Below are positions 1 through 14,609 of a stretch of DNA of 64,000 nucleotides, piece after piece. The notes beneath the pieces were generated by a model that was not told the origin of the DNA, ran no database searches, and was given only the letters and a program-made list of their open reading frames with translations. The first letter of the stretch is position 1, and each line of letters starts with the position of its first letter. Source of the stretch: Octopus sinensis (taxonomy: Eukaryota); assembly GCF_006345805.1 (NCBI RefSeq), contig NC_043000.1:46996001-47060000 (forward strand), given 5' to 3'. The position numbers and the translations under genes are program-made.

Positions 1-147
1 GTGTCCAGGAGGTTGACCATTGTCAAATTATTGGAGACTGTTATAAATTGGCTGAATTCTTTGAGCATCTTTATTAAATTCTTCCTGAATTAGTCCATTG
101 GTACAACCCGAGCTACGAGCAGCTGCTAAAAGAATATATATCCGAAC

Positions 148-450
148 GTGGCCATTGCCAGCTCCACCCCGACTGGCCTCGTGCTGGTGGCACATAAAAA
201 GCACCATCCGATCATGGCCGTTTGCCAGCCTCATCTGGCACCTGTGCCGGTGGCACGTAAAAAGCACCCACTACACTCACGGAGTGGTTGGTGTTAGGAA
301 GAGCATCCAGCCGTAGAAACATTGCCAGATCAGACTGGGCCTGGTGCAGCCTTCTGGCTTCCCAGACCCCAGTTGAACCGTCCAACCCATGCTAGCATGG
401 AAAGCGGACGCTAAATGATGATGATGATCATCATCATCATCATCATCATC
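148..450 (+). mobile_element. SINE / LINE-3'-end-derived short repeat (family D) ending in (ATG)n tail
   Basis: Motif GGTTGGYRTTAGGAAGRGCATCCAGCCGTAGAAAC...CCAACCCATGCTAGCATGGAAA followed by (ATG)n; recurs at ~5890, 10010, 14930, 33465, 48660, 62800. Confidence 0.75.
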
Positions 451-784
451 ATATATCTTCCTTTATTTTTATGTCTGTTTTTGTATGCTAGATTGAGTTA
501 CATGAATATATATACTGTTGAAGTCTTATTCACTGCAGGTTTTCTTTCCTGCCACAAGCTCTTACCTCTTTCCTTTCTTTGTGTCTTTTTAGCAAGGGAG
601 TTTTCAGTTCACACCACACACCTTTGAAAGTGCAGAGCTATTGGAACATCTGTTGACAAGGAAATGTCAATGGAAAATATTGAATGTAACTCATGTGTTT
701 GCTGAACATAAACATTCTACCAGACTTGCTCACAATGAGTGCAAACACAAACATGAGCACTTACACAGGTGCAAACTCATAAAT

Positions 785-839
785 ATGCATGTATATATTA
801 TATATATAAATATATATATATATAAACCAGTATATATAT

Positions 840-886
<47 letters not shown>

Positions 887-1086
887 CATACACGTGTGTG
901 CGTATATATATATATATGCTTGTGTGTTTGTGTGTATCTGTGTGTACATACATATATATGCATATATATATATATATATTATATATATATATATAATATA
1001 TATATATATATATGTATACATACATATATATATATATATACACACACATATATATATATGCATACATATTTATATGTACATATAAG

Positions 1087-1128
<42 letters not shown>

Positions 1129-1150
1129 CATGCATATATGTATATATAAA
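785..1150. repeat. compound (TA)n/(CA)n/(TG)n microsatellite
   Basis: Seen directly; source of the YIYI-type ORFs. Confidence 0.95.
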
Positions 1151-2157
1151 TGTGGATGGTTGCCTGTATAAGTATAAATGTGTATGCAGCTCCATCATAA
1201 ACTGGACATGCTTATCACATGCAATCCCATCTTCTTCTAATATAAGCCAAACCATTCGACCATCTGTAATTTTTTACTTGCATCACTGACAGCTAAGCTA
1301 CATTTAGATGATAGATTCTTTGGCAATATGTCACTATACAAGCTTCCTCACTCCCATTAAGCTGCTCTAAATATAGCACCTTAGTATTACCAAATACCTG
1401 TTATCATTGCCTATCCAAAATGCTGTATATCATTTTTTTTTTTTTCAAATCATGTGTACAAAACTAACCCAACTTTTCTGTACTTATTAACTTTGATTTA
1501 TTATCTATAACTTGTAACCTTTCCATCATAATCTTATTTTAGCATTTTAGTTCCATATATCAGTATTTAAACATTTACTTACATTATTTCTATTTGATTA
1601 TAAACCAGTCATATTTGTGGATGTAGTTTATAGGTGAAATTTCTTTACTATAAACAGATCCTACACTGGAGTATATCTATTGCCAATCATAGCAAAGGCA
1701 TGGAAATGGTAGTGATCAGTGACTCAGTCAAGCTCTTAAGTTTGAATATTTATTCACACATACACACACACACATATGTACATATATATATATATACATG
1801 TGTGTATGCATATATAGAAGTTATGAGAGGTAATGGGGTCAATAAGACCCAAGGTGTCAGGTAATGCTGAGTAAGTGCTATAGATAGACCATAGTTAAGC
1901 TCCAGGTTCGGTGATTATGTGAAACCCTGGATGCAATAGCACTGTATACAAACTCTATGCTTGGAATGACCAATTTTAAATACTATTGGAATTTACTCAC
2001 AATGTATTGGAATCTTATATGTATACCATTCTGCCTTAATAATGGATCTACAAATACAATATCCCTGCATATCTCACATCTACTTCCATTCCTCCACTTC
2101 ACTCTCTATTTCATATCTTATCTAAATTAACTATTGCTTAACCATCTTCTCACACCA

Positions 2158-2203
2158 TCTCCGATGAAGGGATATAATAAATATCCTGGAAACAGCCGTA
2201 AGA
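2158..2203 (+). ncRNA. degenerate minimal type I hammerhead ribozyme (Penelope pLTR-type)
   Basis: TCT-CCGATGA-AG-GGATAT/loop/ATATCC-TG-GAAA-CAGCCG-TA-AGA; core U4>C, stem III one change from palindromic CAGCTG. Confidence 0.5.
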
Positions 2204-2273
2204 CCTTCTATTTATAAATGCTCTAAAATCTTCACAGCGTTGGTTTTTTATCTCATTCTGAAAAAAAAATTTT

Positions 2274-2421
2274 ATGTGTGTGTGTATATATATATATATG
2301 TACGTATATACATATATACATATATATATGTATCTATGTATATATACGTCTATATATTTATACATATGTATATATACATATATATATATAAATATATATA
2401 TATATATGTATTATATATATA

Positions 2422-2508
<87 letters not shown>
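2274..2508. repeat. (TA)n then (AG)n microsatellite
   Basis: Seen directly. Confidence 0.95.
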
Positions 2509-2511
<3 letters not shown>

Positions 2512-3027
2512 GAGAAGAAAAAATGGTATTAAAAAATCCTGGCAGATTTCAAGTAAGCACTCATTATATGGGAATAAGGTTAAGTTTCCAATAAGTAGGT
2601 ACCAGTAAATGTTTGTAGAATACAAATCACAGGTAAATCCCCATGTCTGGCATGTAAATCCAATAATTCTTATGCAGAATTTTAAAACATTCAGAGTATT
2701 AACAACAATTAATAATATGTATGAAGAAAATCATATTTTAAATTTAAACGACGCCTTAAAAATCCAACAATTATATTTTACAATTACTTCTAAATTAATT
2801 TTTTAAAACTCTAACAGGTAATTAAATTTAAGATGCTGCCATAAATTTAGAAAGACATTCAAATATTTCAATTGTTAATTTATAATAATCTTTTAATTAA
2901 TTATTTATTATATAATAAGGTTAATTTCTATTAAAGTGCTTAATATAGTAAGTAATTTATTATAGTGATGTTAAGTATCTAAGCTTTGATTAAGCATAAC
3001 ATAGAACATATGTATGTTTGTTTGTGT

Positions 3028-3064
<37 letters not shown>

Positions 3065-4416
3065 TATGCATGTTTGTGTTTATATAGATACATGTGAGTG
3101 TGTATGTGAATGCTTACTACACTTGACATTGCATGCTAAATGTAAACAACTTCCTCATCATAATAGTGAAGATGTTAGTTTGCAGTCCTCCGTGAAAATA
3201 TGTCTGGAACAGTGGAAAATTTTACACTGCTTAGAAACAGGTGGAAGTTGCTAACAAGAAGAGAATCTGTCAATAGAAAATCTGTCTCAATGAATTGTGT
3301 TTCTCTTAAGCAAACGTGAGAAAGCTACATAGTAAAATGATGATGGGGTAACGAAGATGATGATGATATATATATATATAGATCTATATATGTTCAGTCG
3401 CAGAATGAGCTTACCAAAACAATGTGCATTCAGTCAGTTCAGAGGGAGGGGATTTCAGAATATATAGGGGTTAGTTGGCCCATTGTTGACCAGGAAGGGT
3501 TAAGTGACATCCAGTGATCTAATAACATAGGAACAGGTACTTTAAGTAGCTTATTCAACTGAATTATGTTTATATTATATATGTGTATATATGTGTGTGC
3601 ATATTTGCATGTGTTTATTAATCTTAAAATAAAAATATCATTTTTGAAGCTTATTTTGCAAGTTTTAGTTTAAGAAAATCTTTTTCAAATATTATGAACG
3701 TATCAAGAATTCCTTATAAACACTTCTTTTAAATGTATATTCATAATAATACGTATATATATATTGGTTTGTGTGTGTATGTGTATGTGTGTATATATAT
3801 ATATATGACCATTCCGAAATATAACAATATATATATATATATATATATCTGAATACACATATATGCATATGTAGACAAACATATACAGGTAAGATATATA
3901 TACACATATATGATATATATATGCATGTGCAAGTACAAACTCACACATATATGCACACATACATATATGTTCTCTTGCTTATAATTTTGCTCTAGGTCAC
4001 GTCTGACCTAACTGCTAAGTGACGTGTGATCAGTGGTATTTTAGTCCTAGCCATTCCATTAGATTTTTCTGCTCATTTCACTATGGTAGGATATGATTTG
4101 GCAGAAGATTATGTAGCTATTTGTGGAATGTGGAATAACTTCTTAGAGGTTCCTTCATTTTCTCACAAATTTATAATATGCCTTATCTATAAATATAGAG
4201 TCCACTGAATTAATATACATCCTTAACACAATTTTACTAACTCTTGTATTTTTATTTAACTAGAGATTTGATCATCATATTCATTTTTATACAGGATATC
4301 TGTGTAGTATTATTAATGTAACCATCTTTGTCATTAGATAAATAGCATATTTAAGATATCTAAGGAGGAGGTTTTCTATATAGATAAATACATAGATTCT
4401 ATTACTTTTTTTTATA

Positions 4417-4458
<42 letters not shown>

Positions 4459-5469
4459 CATACACATATACATACATATATATACACACACGTATATCTA
4501 TATAGCTGCACGTTTTATGAATAATAAAACATCGTTTTTTTCCCTTTTTTTAGTTGTAATTATTCTCAACATATAAATCACTATTTACATATGTTCTGAA
4601 GAGTGTTTTTGTCTGAACTTTATCATTTTATGTAGCAAATACTTGTTTCTTTATTTATTATTTTCAATTTTTCTGCAAAATTCAAAAACAAATTTTTGGT
4701 AAAAGCTTATCATAACATTTATTAATATAGGAAGTAGAGTTATTTACATATAATGTAAATCATTAGAAATTATTCTATTTCTGCTTCTTGTGTAGCATCA
4801 TCGTCATCATCACCACCACCACCACCACCACCACCACCACCACCATCATCCTCATCATCATCATTATAATTATCTACATCTTCATGACTATCATACTCAT
4901 CCTCCTCATCATCTGTGGTTAAGTATCAAAATATTTTACATTGTCATTAATGCATACACATTTGTATACAGAATAATGCATAGAAATATATACATAATAT
5001 ATCAATTGTACAAACATTCAAACAATCGCTAGCAATTACAAAGTATTCTATGCTAAAAATTTACTATATATGTGTATATATGATGTATATTAGCAGTGAC
5101 AAATGGAAGCAAAACTACTTATACATACATACACACATAGATGCAAACTTATATACAGAGGAGTATAGATTTTTCTAACAGATGAAATTCCTTTTTTATC
5201 TATTGTGCAATTATATGAAACATACATATTAAATGTATTCAAACTATCATTATTTGGTTTTACTTCATTATTATACATTATACAACTGTATGCCAGTACA
5301 AGCTAATATTCATAAGTCCATTCAGAAGAATATTATAACAAGGATTTGGAGTGGTTTGTTCAATTCAGCTTGAATTGGAACTTCTGGTAGCATGTTGCAT
5401 TTCTATATGAAACAGCCATGTTGAAGTGGCAACAAAAGCATGGTTGGAACTAAGGATGAAAGCTTTCTG

Positions 5470-5660
5470 CTTAGTGGTGTGCAGCTTAGTCGTTAGGGTA
5501 TTTGGTTCACATTCATAAGGTCATGAGTTCAATTCCCGGTGACCCGTTGTGTCCTTGAATAAGACACTTTATTTCACATTGCTCCAGTCCATTCAGCTGT
5601 CAAATATGTGTAGTGCCTGTATTTCAAAGGGCCAGCTTTGTTGCACTCTGTGTCACAAAT
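5470..5660 (+). mobile_element. degenerate tRNA-derived SINE (family B-like)
   Basis: A-box-like GCTTAGTCGTTAG, B-box GAGTTCAATTCC, then GTGTCCTTGAATAAGACACTT core and TTTCAAAGGGCCAGC shared with the 17289 copy. Confidence 0.6.
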
Positions 5661-6142
5661 GTAAATCGTCTAATATTTGATTTTCTGCCTGAAGAATTTA
5701 TAATAGATGTCTTTATATATTGGAAAAACTGTTTTGTAACTTATTAGCAAATGAAACATGTGTAATGGTGAATAGATAATACAAAAAAATGTTTCCCAAT
5801 CACCAGTTTTTAATTATCATCATCATCATTGTCATTGTCATCACCATCAGCATCATCATCAGCAGCAGCAGCAGCAGCAGTAGCAGCAACCTTTAACATC
5901 TGTTTTCCATGCTGGTATGAGTTGGACGGTTTGACCAGATAGCTGCGCTAGGCACAAATTGTCTGTTTTGGCATCATGGTTTCAACAGCTGGGTGCCCTT
6001 CCTAACATTGACCACTTTACAACATGCATTGGGTCTTATTATGTAGCACAGCAAGGGAGCTTCTTATGTGGTGCCAGGAAGCTTTTTATGTTGCAGATGA
6101 TACCATATATATATATATACATACATATATGTATATATACAT

Positions 6143-6193
<51 letters not shown>

Positions 6194-6588
6194 TATACAT
6201 ATACACATATATATACATATATATATGTGTGTGTATATATATATATGTATATATATAGGTTAGGAGAACAAACGGGGGAAAGAGAGCTCAATACATGAAT
6301 ATGTACTATACATGTATGGCACTTACCAAACTTTGATAAGTACCATGCAGAGACTCTCTGTGTGTTCAAGTCATTATTCTAACTTCCTGCTAATTAGAAA
6401 AATAAAAGAATTTTATGTGTGTGTATGTGTATGTGTGTGTACATGTATGTGTGTGTATATATGAATATATTCATATACATACATATGTATATGCATGCAT
6501 GTGTGCATGTATATCATCATCATCATCATCATCATCATTTAACTTCTGTATCCTATGCTGGTATGGGTTGGAGGGTTTGACAGGAGTT

Positions 6589-6820
6589 GGCGGCGAGCTG
6601 GCAGAAACCTTAGCATGCCAGGCGAAATGCGTAGCCGTATTTCGTCTGCCGTTACGTTCTGAGTTCAAATTCCGCTGAGGTTGACTTTGCCTTTCATCCT
6701 TTCGGGGTCGATAATTAAAGTACCAGTTTCGCACTGGGGTCGATGTAATCAACTTAATCCGTTTGTCTGTCCTTGTTTGTCCCCTGTGTGTTTAGCCCCT
6801 TGTGGGTAGTAAAGAAATAG
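6589..6820 (+). mobile_element. tRNA-derived SINE family C (central domain resembling Meta/MESC), inserted into a family D copy
   Basis: GGCGGCGAGCTGGCAGAA...GAGTTCAAATTCC...GCCTTTCATCCTTTCGGGGTCGATAA...AAAGAAATAG; TSD AGGAGTTGGC at 6582-6591 and 6819-6828. Confidence 0.8.
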
Positions 6821-7699
6821 GAGTTGGCAAGGCCAGGGTCCACACCAGGCTCCATAGTTTCAATGGCTGGGTGCCCTTCCTAATGACAACCACTTTACTA
6901 AGTGTACATCATGCCCCTTTACATGGCACCCGTACCAGATTTTTGGAACTTAGGAAAAAATTTTTCTGCTTAGAAATTGACAAAGATGCATGTTTCATTA
7001 ACTATGAAAGAAACGGCATAAAGGAATTGTTTTAATTAAACAAGCTGAGTTGAGTTGTATGTGTGTTTAGAGAGGTTTCTGATCAATAGGTTTAACAATT
7101 TTCAGGCTAAGCAAATGAAATGTTATTCATATCGGTTAAACAATTCTAACATCTGAAAATAAATCTCTGGCAGATAAAATACATATACATGCATCTCTTA
7201 TAGGCAGTAAAAAATACATAAAACACAGCATTGTTGAAATAATTGATTGTAATTCTAATTGTTATAGCAATATATTTTCCTGGCATCTAATAGATTATTC
7301 TGATTATTCTAGTTTATGTAATACAGTTGGTGGAAAACTTGTGCATGGAGCTAAAATATTCATAAATGATAGCATATAAATGATTATATTAGGCAATAAC
7401 TTAGTGCTTTAACCAATTAAAATAATAGAATATATTTATATCTTTTAAAGAAATTAAAAGATGCTACATTCAAAATAAACTGAATTGTGATGTTCAAAAA
7501 TATAGGATATTTGTTTACTTTTATAAGAAATTTTCCAGGTGAATAAGGAAGTATTGGCTGGTCAGATCAATTCATTTATGTCTTTCCATTGTTATTTTGA
7601 ATTTACATTTAAGGTAGTTTTATGTTAGTTTTTTTAGCTCTATTCTCCTTCCACCACTTTTATTCATCATTTTGAAATTTGAATAAAATTCAGTTCTTT

Positions 7700-8635
7700 G
7701 AGTAAATATGATGATATTGTGTTAAGTAGAAGAAAATTCAGAATTTTTGATATCTACTTCTCAAACAAGATACCAAGACTGCTAAATCCATTCAAGACAT
7801 TTGGGCTGTGAATGGAGAAGATATTTTCAAAGAAAGAACTGCACAAAAATGGCTTACATGCTTCAAGGTGAGGAAAATTGACCTCACAGACTCTCTGCAT
7901 TGTGGCCAACCCACTCAGTTCAATGAGGATCAATTCAATGAGCTCATCCATGATGATCTGTACCAAACAACTATGGCTTTGGTGAAGCAGATGGGATGAT
8001 CCCATGACATTGTTAACCATCACCTCCACTTGATGAGCAATCCAGATGAGAAAGACAATGCCAGGAAAATGGCATACTCCCACACACAACAACACTTATA
8101 TGTGCATGACTATTCTGACCAAAAATGGTATTCAAGAGCTAGGCTGAGAAGTTGTATCACACACCATATTCTCCTAATGTAGCACCTTCAGATAAAGGCT
8201 CTTTTTTTTTACTCTCTGACAGAATGTGAGCGATTTCATTCTACAACGATGTGGAACTGAAAACACAGCTTCATGAATTCTTTGAGGCAAGACCCAGTGA
8301 TTTCTTCTGTCAAAGCTTTAACAAGCTAGTAGAATGCTGAGATATTGTGAACAGTGAACTAGAATATATTTTCTGAGTTCAAATTCTGCCGAGGTCGACT
8401 TTGCCTTTCGGGGTCAATGAATTAAGTACCAGTTACACACTGGGGGTGATCTACTCGACTTAATCCCTTTGTCTGTCCTTGTTTGTCCCCTCTATCTTTA
8501 GCTCCTTGTGGGCAATAAAGAAATAAGAATATATTTTTAACTGATTTGTTAAAGTTGTTCATGAAAAATAAAGATTATGAAAAATAAAGATTAAAATCAA
8601 TGAAAAAACAACAAATGCATCTGACAACCCAATAT
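7700..8635 (+). mobile_element. mariner transposase fossil
   Basis: ORF 7808-7999 RTAQKWLTCFK..DLTD...GQP resembles the mariner HTH; downstream PYSPNVAPSD-like motif at ~8164-8193; multiple stops; interrupted by a SINE. Confidence 0.65.
8372..8526 (+). mobile_element. 5'-truncated SINE family C
   Basis: Matches the 3' two-thirds of the 6589 copy; TSD AGAATATATTTT on both sides. Confidence 0.75.
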
Positions 8636-10369
8636 ATGGAGATATATCAGATATATCAATTAAATCGAATAGACATAAAAAAAAACATAACTTGGTTAAG
8701 ATATTAGCTATGTCAATGTTTTCAAATAAATACAAATTGTAAAACTATCAAGAATAAATAAATAAATAAAAACTAATAATTAAAAGGTACATATACATTA
8801 TTAATAATCTAAGATTTGTTTTAACTTTGTCTATTTATTGGATTGTGAGTTTAAAAAATAGATTTTGATATTAATAACTAAGGACATTTAGTTAGATTAT
8901 AACAGCATCTGCTTTGATTAAATGTTGCTGAAAGGAAAGGTGAATAACTATTCATATTTTGCTGAAAGCAAATTGTTTAGGAGTTTCTTCCTGGAGTTTC
9001 AGTTCGGGGATATATTATATATTAGTGAAATAACTTAATTAATTAGAAAGCTCAGCCGGATATAGGTAGATGAGAACATTACATATTGTCAAGAAGTTGT
9101 GAAAATATTTAGATTAATTTAATAAAAATGTCTTTCTTCATTCATATATTAAGATCATAGAATTACATTAATGTAATATGCACATGCATGTGTACGCACA
9201 AATACTCAAGCACATACATACTCACATGCACACACACACACACGTTTTGTAGAGTCTGTCCTGGTATCTTGTCTATTCAAGAAATTTATATCATTCGATA
9301 CTGACATGTACTAGAAAATCCTGTTTATGGACCAAAGATTTAAATTCTAATAAGGAAAAATAAAAATTTTGAAATCGTCACAACTCAGATACAAACTTAT
9401 AAAACATGCTCATCTCAGAGCTCTAAACCTCAGGACTACATATCTAAACTCTAGCAATTCATGTCTTTACCAGTAGTCTAGTGGTTGTGAGTTGTATATA
9501 CTATAACAGTACATTTAAGTCACAAGTTGGTAAGTATTATAGATTTTCCTTATCCCTGGATTCCAAGATTAAAAATGACATATTTCCAGGATGATACATG
9601 ATTAAAAAAAGTTTATGGCTTTCTTACCTTATTTCTCATGAATAATGAATAAGGAGTTATAGGACACAATGGTACGATACAGACAAGATAATTTATTGGT
9701 ATTGTAAAAGTTTCACAATGCATAGTATTTTGTAACAATGCAAATATACATATGAATAGAAGGATTGAAGAATAAGATATTCTAATGATGGAAATCATGA
9801 AGGCAACAACAAACGAAAATGATGTACAAATTAAATTAACAGATACAAACAACAATATCACTAGGTTAAACAAATTAATATATGCAACAGCTACTGACAT
9901 TACTGCAGGAAATACTCATGCAGATATACGTGTCTAGGAATATCAAAAGATAACAGAAACCAAACGTACCAAAAAGGTCACCAACATCATCATCATCATC
10001 ACAATCACCAACATTTAAAGTCTGTTTTCCATAGCAGCATGGGTTGGATGGCTTGACAGGCACTGGCTATGTCAGGAGGCACACTAGGTTCCACAGTCTG
10101 TTTTGGCTTGTTTTCTACGACTGGATTCCCTTCCTAGTGTTAACCACTTCACAGAGTGCATTGTGTGCTTTTTTTCATGGCACCATTACCAGTACTTTTT
10201 ATGACACCAGGACTGATGCTTTTTTAATGTGGCACCATCAGCTACACCAATGATTTTTATGTGGTACCTTGGTTTTAAGGTCTTAATTTTGTTGTGGTGG
10301 GTGGGTCAATCCTCAGAGGGAAAAGGATGGAAAGAAACAGATAAAAAAAAGGGACATACATACTATTGA

Positions 10370-12650
10370 AGTGTAACATAACAATAATACCTGAAACAAG
10401 AGATCTTCACCAAACTGCAAAGCACCTATCTTCGTAGAAAGCAACAATGCTTCTTGGAAGTAAATAACAAGTTGATTCCAACCAAAAACAATTTTACTAA
10501 GATATAAGTAAGAATTAAATAGAAATTAATGCATAACCAACTGCAAGACAAGTAGAATTCTGAGACGGAATATAAAGGGCAAGAGATGATATTGCTTAAA
10601 ATGATAGACGCAACTCAAGAACAATCATGGAAGGCCATATCACCACAAGAAGAAGTACATCATCATCATCGTCGTCATCATCATCATCATCATCGTCGAC
10701 ATCATCATCATTTAATGTCTGTTTTCCATGCTGGCATGTGTTGGATGATGCTATCAGGTCATTAGTAATGAAATGTTCGAGTTTCTTATGCACCAAGTTG
10801 ACAGTCGTTAACTCTAATGTTTTATCCTGACAATTTTTTGTTTTACAACATTGAAGAGTTACATTATCACTTTTCGAAACGGTGTCTGATTATATTGAGT
10901 TTTCTCTCGTAAATCAATTTTTGTGAACCCATGGATAGATAAAAAATTCTTGTTGTTTATGAATATGAGTTCTGTAGTGGAAACAATGCATCCCACACAG
11001 CTTGAAACATCAATGAGGCGTTTGATGAAGATGCAGCAAATGATTGCACTGTACATCGATGGTTTGAGAAGGTCTGGTCTGGTGATTTTACTCTTGAAAA
11101 TCAGCTCCATGGTGGATCTGAGACCAAGGTGGATAATGATGAGCTGGAAACTGGAGTGGAAGTGGATACATCTCAAACTACACAAGAGTTAGCAATACGA
11201 TTCCATCTGTATTGGACCATCTGAAACAAATCAGCAAGGTAAAACAGCTGGACAAGTAGGTACCACATGAACTGAAAGTGCATCAAATGACATGTCATCT
11301 TGAAACTTGCTGTTCTTTGTTGTCACGGCATAAAAGCAAACCATTTTTACATTGTATTTTTGTGTGTGATGAAAAATGGATTCTTTTCAATAGCAAGCAT
11401 TCTGCACGAATTATTATTAAATAAGAAACAATAAGATGCCAAACATCTGGTTAAAATATTTAATATGAGCACAGAAAGTACAAGAACAGATGTTTGATAA
11501 AATACTGAATGAACCAGAGATCATTCATGACTTGCTTACTGAAGTTAAACCATCTTAACCTCAACAATTAAAGAAGCAAACTATAGGGTCATAACCTGTC
11601 TTTTTTGCGGCTTGCAGAACTTGAGCTGTAATAATATCACATAGAAGAGATAAGCATCTGGAAAAAAATGGATTCTGCAGTGATCAATTATTTATTAATG
11701 AAGCCATAATTGAAAACTGTAGCAGAAAGAAAATGTACCTGAGGGTGGGATGGATTGACTACCAGAAAGATTTTTTATGGTGTTCTCCATGTGTGAACTA
11801 AGAAACATGAGCCATGGATTAAGTTTCACTAATAAGCAAATGCATTAAGCATGTCTTGATTAAATGTCAAACAATTTGAGAGATACAGACAAAAGAAAGA
11901 ATTATACAAAGTAGTCCTATTTCTATATGAAGAAGAATATTCTAAGGGGAGAAACTATTTCCAATTCTTTTCTGTCTGGATGACCACACACTGTTCATTG
12001 CAGATGATAAGCAGCAAGAAACACTGATACAAAGAATGAGGATTAATCAAAAGAAATTATATGAGATTAGAATCTGAAAAATGCACCAGGCAGAGTAGTG
12101 TATCAAACAACAGCATTAGCAACAGCAGTAAAAGTAACAACTTCAGCAACTCAGTTGTATTATAACAATGCATGTGCTTTTATTTTCTCTGCAAAAATTA
12201 CATGTTGTTAAAGATACGAAGTTAAAGGGATGATGTTACTGCATGCTTGCAGTAAAAATCCCTTCTTAATTAAGATTTCTCACTCAGATGAAGAAAGAAG
12301 ACAGGATCGAGGAACATTTGTAATTGACTGCCATAGAAAAGGGAAGATAACTTCAAGAAATTAAGAATTAATTTATCAAATTAATTTGCATGCCTGGGGA
12401 GAGAAAACACTGATCTTTGTGGGGAAGGAATAACTAAGGACGTATCCAAAATGATTGGATAGCAAAAATAACCTTTTTAAAGTAACAAAATTAACTTTCT
12501 TAACATCACTAGGGAAAAATGCCCTGAGGGCAGCATCTCTGCTTTTTGGTTACATCTTAATTCTTGGATTGGTTATTGTCAATAATCAGTTTATCCATTT
12601 ATCTTTTCAAGACAGGTTAACATCTGTTATAATGATCAGTATTGTGTAAG
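10370..12650 (+). pseudogene. highly decayed R4/Dong-like non-LTR retrotransposon RT region, interrupted by SINE and mariner insertions
   Basis: Manual translation gives NQKQFY..VEF*DGI* (~10480-10575), NYRVITCL (~11580), DQLFINEAI (~11682), GWIDYQK (~11750), RRIF*GEKLFPILFCL (~11932; cf. RGIFQGDSLSPLLFC). Confidence 0.55.
10752..11400 (+). mobile_element. mariner transposase fossil (3'-truncated)
   Basis: Frame-shifted HRWFEK..SGDFTLEN...VDNDEL, *VPHEL (WVPHEL) at ~11258 and CDEKWI at ~11365. Confidence 0.75.
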
Positions 12651-13270
12651 ATATACACAATCACACACTAGTATGCAGGCATGCCACCAACAGTGTTAAT
12701 GATATAGGAAAGTCATCGCATGCAAGCATTTTAATCAACAGCAGAAATATACACACTAGTCTCATGATCATATACAAACGCATCAGATCTTCTACACATA
12801 TACACAAATGCATCAGATCCTCTATACATGTGCACAAACATGCAACACAAATGTATAAATAAAAACAAAGGTCATAAAAAAAAACTGTTTGAAAACTAGT
12901 AGATGCATATGTGTGGGATGAAAAACTTCTAATACTTTCTAAGAGAGGTACAACAGTAGAAATTTAAGAGAAGTTAGTCAATTAAATTGTTGGCAGTGCT
13001 TGTCTGGTGCATTATTTTAGCGACACTAGAAAGATAGAAAGCAAAATTTACTGCAGTGCACTTAAAGGCTGCAACTAAAAACTACCAGGCCATAAAGACT
13101 CTGCCTTTCTATCACTTGTAAATAAAAAGAGGGCAAAAGATAGACACAATAATCAAAATCACAGCCTGTATATGTGAATGTATGTATGTATATATGTGTG
13201 TGTGTATGTATGCATGCATTTATATATGTATGTATATATATATATATATATATGCATGCATTTATATATG

Positions 13271-13321
<51 letters not shown>

Positions 13322-13344
13322 GTGTGTATGTTTCTTCTTTTTTT

Positions 13345-13930
13345 TAATATTCATAAATTTTCCACTAAGGAGGGAGCTGGTTTCCAACAAAGATACAAGT
13401 CTCCATTTTGGTGCTGTAGTTAACACAGACAAATTCACTTTTGGAACTTGAGAAAAGTCTTGCATATTTTAACTGTTCCTCTCACAGCTTACACTTGTAC
13501 TGTACGAATTATTTGGTCGATTTCTTTTTCTGAAAATCCCAGTTTATCCAGATTCTCCTTAAAGCATTTACTAACAAAACTTAGTGCTCCAATTATTATT
13601 GGCATGAATATGAATTCATAGTCTGGATATAGAAGCTGGAGGTTTTGAGGCAGTGGTCCATAGATATCCTCTTTATCTTTGATTTTCAAAGAGATATTTT
13701 TAACTGCAGGGCAGCTGACCTTTATGATGGCACATATCTTTCCCCATCTATCCCAAACAACAATATCCAGCCTGTTATGTTTACATTTGACAGAAGTTTT
13801 GATGAGAATATTCCACCTGTATTCCTGTATTCCTTGAGTTGGTGTTTATGAATGTATTCCATAACAGAGGGATTTTTCTAGTCTTGTTTCCGGATGGCTT
13901 TGTAAATTGTTTTAGCAAGAACATGCTGCA
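13345..13930 (-). mobile_element. 3' fragment of RLE-type (R4/Dong-like) non-LTR retrotransposon
   Basis: ORF 13489-13689 KEDIYGPL..NLQLLYPDYEFIFMPIIIGAL = C-terminal restriction-like endonuclease region; similar to 44300-45270; flanked by (TATG)n. Confidence 0.65.
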
Positions 13931-14609
13931 CATGTATGTATGTATGTATGTATGTATGTATGTATGTATGTATGTAGTATGTATGTATGTATGTATGTAT
14001 GTATGTATGCATGTATGTATGTATGTATGCATGCATATATGTATGCATGTATGTATGTATATTTGTTGTTGTTTAGGCCCAGAAGACCTTTCTTGCATGA
14101 ATAGAACTACGATCAAAGACATTCCAGCCTTGATCATTTTATCTTTTTGTACATATATATCTGGGACTACAACATTCCAAGTACTCTTTTTTTATATTTA
14201 ACATTAGATGTTTTGCAGGAGGCTTGGTTATTATTTTTAACCAGAAAACTTACTGTAGGGAAGTCTTCTAGTTGGTGGCTGGTGTGGCTGCATGAAGAAT
14301 TTATATCACCCTCTCTTTCTTTCTCTCTTTCTGTCTTTATGTATGTATATATGCATTCATGTATATCACTTGTGTCCACTTTAATCCCCAACTCAAATTA
14401 TGTCACACTTTTTCTACTTTAGATTATTTACCAACTCACCTACAATTTCTCTATTACTGTTCTGTCGCTCTCTCATATTCACTTTGTACAATAATCTCAT
14501 AACTCTCTCTCTCTCTTTCTTTCCAGATAAGGCAACCATGTACTTACTTCTACAGTAAGTACCAACTCCTGTCTCTCTGTCATACTTTTGTATTCCTCAA
14601 TACTACAAC

